A program made the position numbers and the translations under genes. Shown in pieces: positions 46,762 to 51,574 of a DNA stretch of 51,574 nt; position 1 is the first letter of the stretch, and the number at the start of each line of letters is the position of its first letter. A model generated the notes under the pieces. That model ran no database searches and was not told the origin of the DNA. It worked only from the letters and a program-made list of their open reading frames with translations. Source of the stretch: Atractiella rhizophila (Eukaryota); contig MU271509.1 of NCBI GenBank assembly GCA_021432655.1, positions 1 to 51,574 of the forward strand, given 5' to 3'.

Positions 46762-48892
46762 TCAACTTCCAATCCTAGGCCGCAATCAGCAAGGTGTGTG
46801 CGGGAAAAAGACTTCGACCAACCCATTTCCATCTGCATCATCCAATCCTTCCATGAGCGAATAACTCTTCTGCAGCACGCATTCTCCTCCATTCTCCAAA
46901 TCAATGTTGAAGCTATAAAACACGCCTTCCGATGTGACAACCATGATTTGTGGTGTCGTGCTATGTTATCAGAGTTAGGTTGCCCCTTGAGAAGAAGTAC
47001 AATGAACATACTTGCTGATGGCTACGACGCTCCTCACACCGCTACTAGGCAGCTTCAAAAAGGCAAAATCTCGCTGAGGTTCCCAAATTTCAGTCAAAGT
47101 GTTTGGAAGGTATCCGCCCACTGATCCGGCAAGATTTCTGCCTAGGTTCAGCGATTTTCGTCTTAGCGATCCCCTACGATCATACCTCAACATAAAGAGA
47201 ACAGCTGCCTGATGAAGGAGACGGAACGTACGACATTCCTTCGTTCTTCTTTCCTTCAATGAACGCCTCGTAACCGCCTCCACTTCCCTCGCTCCCGCTC
47301 CTCCACTCCTCTCCATCCTCATCATCTCTATTCTTCTTTCTCGCGGTCCAACTTCCCCTCTTATTACCTCCCTTTTGACCTCCAATCTTGAAGATGTGCA
47401 CAGTTTCGGTATCCGATGTGACAGCCAACAGGGTTCCCACAGCATTGAAAGAAAGATCGTAAATCCTAGCCGGATAACTGCCTCTCCTGAACTGGGCCAC
47501 CTTCTCGCCATTCGGGATCCCAAACACTCGAATGACCGTTCCTTTGTCTGAAGACGTTGCGAGGAGGAGACCGGACGGCGATATCCGCAGGGCGGAAATA
47601 GGGGATTTGTGGGCTTGGAGAATGTTGGTCACGCTGAGCGATAACGCGTCGAAAAGCAATACATCGCCAGTTGGGGAAGAAGGATGAGGAGGAGGTGAAC
47701 TGAGTGGGGAAGGCGTGGGTAATGGAGATGGGTAGGCGAGGTAAGAATTTTCGGATGATGGAGACAGTGTGCAAATGGCTGCAAAACCAAGTCAGCAAAC
47801 GCACTGCAATTGTGATGTCAATTAAATAATAAATAATGCGATAAGATCGATTATCGTTTAATAACGGCGATTTAACATTACGTCAAACATGTATTTATGG
47901 GATTGGGAAAATATCCCAGACCAACATTCCAGATTAATGAAAGAAAGTCGATGGAATAGTGTCGAGGCATATATTGGAGCGGCATGTCCTTTCTGGTATT
48001 ACTGCAAGCTCCAACCCAAAGTACAAGCGCGCACTCGGCATTATACGCCGTGCACTAGCAAAGATCGTTCTTATCGAACCCTGGTGCCATCAACGCATGA
48101 CTTCGTGAGATAGATAATCCGCATTTCTTAGTACGGGTTATGCGTCGCTTCTCTCACCCTTCCTTCGTTCCTTCCATCATGCAAACCTCAGCAAACCTCA
48201 AGATTCACAACCCACATCTTCTAGAAGAAAACCAAGAACCGAAGGAAAGTACGCACCCCCAGGATTTGGACTGGTTTCGATAGTATGAAGGAGCTTCATA
48301 TTCGAGATATCATAGACGTAGATCTGCTCCTCCAACACCACCACGAGGCGTTTGCGGTTCATTTTCACAGCGAGGATGGAAGTGGGAAAAGTGAGTTCAC
48401 AGATTGTTGATTGTCTCTATTCATCCCACATCACCAACAGTCAGACATCAGCACTCTGCTCTTTGGCTACAGAGAAATGTGGAAACGGGAGAAAAGGAAA
48501 CGGAGATTAACCTTGGTGTTCACGATCTGAAGACGGCGAGTGGACGAGTTCGGCTTGTCTCCCGTACCCACCAAGGCGACAAGAGAAGTGCAGAAGAGCA
48601 TCTCGACGATGGAGGTGGCACCATCGTTCCTCGCGTACACCTTGCCAAAGGGATCGCAGTTTGTTATCGTGTACCCTTTGCGGTGTCCAGTTGAGATACA
48701 TCTTTACCGCGCAACCACACTTCATCAGCCCAAGACTACCCATAACAGTACATAAAAGGGAATGGAAGCAAGTAAGGGGTGGATGTGGGAAACATACGTA
48801 TTGTCTTGGTTGAAATTGGAGAAGAGCAGGTCTGGATGGGACGTGCGCGGCCCACCGACGGCGTTGAGGGGGGACAGAAAGCGGGATGTCAT
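46762..48892 (-). CDS. ATG18: Autophagy protein Atg18 (PROPPIN WD40)
   Basis: [86 protein letters not shown]. 478-nt intron at 47779-48256. Last micro-exon inferred. Confidence 0.95.
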
Positions 48893-49319
48893 CGTTGCTT
48901 CTTGTCACAGGAGTCGCTGCAGGAAAATCGAGGAAACGTAAGAAGTGGTCGTCGTGGGAGGTGGCTGACTAGCCGGTAGTCGAGTTTCGGATCGAGACTA
49001 CGTGTCAGGTGACTTGGAAATCGTATGGAAGCCATTCATCATCCAGCTGATTCCCCCAGCTTCACAGAATAAGGTACTACGTTGTGATGCTGTATTGACT
49101 GCCTTATATTTGACAGAATGCATTTGTGGTCCAGTCAATGACACTAGCATGAGGCGGGAAGTAAGAAATAAGGTAGGATTATGAGGTGACTTGCGTGAAG
49201 TATTCTACAATATGCAACAGCTCCGAGTCTTGGTCCATGACAAACTGAGCACACAAACCAACCAAATTGTCCACCACACACCAAACAATACTGTACAGTA
49301 GTCTAAAGCAAACACTGAT

Positions 49320-51574
49320 CTATGTTGAGCTCTTACTATAAGCAAGAGATAATGTGCTATCAAAGCATTGACACTCGCGCTTCTTCGCCAACCAATCACT
49401 CTCCGGACAGCTCTCTACCATCCTGGGGTCCTCGCACTCGAACATTGTTGGCCATGACCTTTCCACAGAATGTCCGAAAAAAGGGTTTTCTGGTCCTGTA
49501 ACACAGTTAATTATTTTTGGAAGTTAAAGGGGGAACCACGAACCATTATTCCACCACCCCTCTTTATAGATGTCGCTTCCTTCCGGCGCTTCCAACATAT
49601 CGTCCAGCTCCTGGTATGTTGAGAGCAGGTTTCTCTCAATTCGTTCTCTTGAAACCACAAATTGGCCCGAATACGTAGCCTTGAGGGAAATCAGCAGCTC
49701 AGGCTTCTCAAAACAAGAGAAAAGCGCACCACTTGGTGTGTCCCATCGATACACTCCTTCCCCTTGAACATCCGATAAATATCCTTCATTCGCTCATACT
49801 CCCCATTTCCAACTCCATGAAACAGATCCTTTCCGCAATTCGAAGGGAACACCACCGTGGTGGTAAGGAATCCGGTCGAGTCCGTGATCAGTTCGATCTT
49901 AGGAGTTGATAGTTGAGCCCAAGCCAGATGCGGCTGCATGAACAAGGTGAGAGGAGCGAGGGCCGTGGTGCACTCTGCTCTCATTGTCAATATGATAACT
50001 TTTGGAGTTTCTGGCGACGCACCAGAAAATTGATTAATCGTGCCCATAATGCAGGTCGAATTGCCTTCCCCTTCGCGATCCAGACCATAATTTCTCAGAA
50101 TATGTCTCAAATATGTCCCTCCCTCTCTGCCAGTGTTGGGAAGCCCATGAACCACAATATCCACCTGCTCAACCAACCAGTCTGGTACCACATTTCCTTT
50201 CGGGTAGACGATAACCCTGGGTTGGCGGTCCGAGATGGGACGCACGGAAAAGAGGGTAGAAAGAGACGTTCGCAGGACGTCCGGAGTCTCTTCAAAATAC
50301 GAGATAACGATGTCAATCTCTTTCGGCTTCTTGGGAAAGACTGGGGAGGTAAGGAGGAGCAAGCCGAGGGGCAAGAGAGCGATAAGCGTCCGCGACAGGC
50401 GTGGGTGGATGGGACTGCGAGTAACGAGCACATCTTCGTCTTCCTTCTCCTGCCCAGTAGAATAAAGCGGGACGAGGACTTCTGCCTTCTCCGACGACCG
50501 AAGCAAACGCGACCATCGCCTCTCCAGTGCCATCACTATCCCCAGGCAGAGCGCTCCACTTATTACCCATGCTGTCGCATCGTCAGCCTCGATCCCCTTC
50601 CCGCCACCTAGCCATCCTTTTTGATTCACGATCTGTTCCATTCCCAGGAGAAGAAGCATATTTCCTAGAGCAAAAGACGAGAAGAGGTCCACCTTCCTTG
50701 TTGCAATAAACGCCGTAAAGAGTAGATCACAGCTGAGGAGGACTGTGTGGAGGCTCGGTATATGAACTAGGTAGTAATTTTTAAATGTTGGCGGACGGAA
50801 CAGATAAGTTGGCAAAGGTGTTCGGAAGGAGGTTGGTGTGGTGGAGAAGAGAAGCGGTGACAAATGCGGGAGGGAAATGAAGACGTATGAGATGAGAGCA
50901 TACTAAAGTCCTTCGGTCACTGCTTATTTCTCGACCAGTGAGATAGTACTAACAGGAGATATATTCAGAAGGAAGTAGAACCACCCCACGCGTTCTTCTT
51001 GTTCTTGACCACCGTCCAGATACTCTCTCGCCAGAATGACGAATGCAAATGTCGGTAGACTTGTGAGCACAAAGTAGAGAAAGGTATCGGCTAAGGATTG
51101 GGAAGAGACGGGTGCCGAGAAATAGGAAAAGAGGAGGATTGGGACGGGAAGGAGGAATGACAGAACACAAGTGGTGGCTGGTAAAGGTGACGGGTAATTC
51201 GTCCGTGAAGGCAGATATTGCAGCAGAAGCGGTAAAATGACCACCTGTGAGGAATAGTTAGTTCTCTTCTCTGTTCTTCTCTATTCTTTCAGGATTGTAA
51301 AACGTTTCCGAAGAGGATACGATAAATGCTAACGTCAGATGTTGATTGCTACTAGATGCGAAAAACTACAAAAATCGATCGTTTAGTTTGGACTTACCTT
51401 CAGGCCTTCTCTCATCCCCAAGCTCACTGTCGCCTGTCCTGCTCTCCCTCCAATATTGTGCTCAGCCCACCACGCTATCGCGAGTGCTGCTCCTGCGGTC
51501 GCAAACAAACGTCTCCTGAACTTCTTGCGAGCTCCATCGCTCCCCCTGCTTCGACACATGAGGAAAAGACTGTA
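49320..51574 (-). CDS. Multi-pass membrane protein with C-terminal DUF3431-like (putative glycosyltransferase) domain; 5' end outside window
   Basis: Several hydrophobic segments, then DIVISYFEE, LPNTGREGGTYLRHILRNY, LTLFMQPH, GQFVVSRERI, FGHSVERSWPTMFEC. Confidence 0.7.

Overview
Gene-dense, intron-rich fungal DNA. The short GT-AG introns (mostly 50-70 nt) and the protein content suggest a basidiomycete, possibly Pucciniomycotina; that placement is inferred. It is a draft scaffold with two N gaps. Genes in order: NmrA-like protein (3' part), SDR, Zn2Cys6 transcription factor, conserved hypothetical protein, L-rhamnose 1-dehydrogenase, BRF1, RPS26, GOT1, RlpA/DPBB expansin-like protein, Zn-dependent polyol (D-arabitol-type) dehydrogenase, F-box protein, AA9 LPMO-CFEM fusion, TFIIE beta, ChAPs (BUD7/BCH1), an F-box-like gene and its pseudogene, PEBP, TPI1, a Uge3-like UDP-sugar 4-epimerase, ATG18, and a membrane protein with a DUF3431-like domain. 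The strongest anomaly is 1997-4135, which is written backwards without complementation: read right to left it supplies the missing SDR 3' exons and the missing TF N-terminus. This is almost certainly an assembly artefact. Three near-identical tandem duplications (about 4.6 kb, 401 bp and 0.92 kb) also look like haplotype or assembly artefacts. The best biological candidates are a Pol III B-box-containing hairpin and possible stop-containing micro-exon inside a long BRF1 intron, an atypical AA9 fused to CFEM, a possible splice-generated peroxisomal TPI isoform, and a perfect 45-bp intergenic inverted repeat. All gene models were built by eye; no searches were run.
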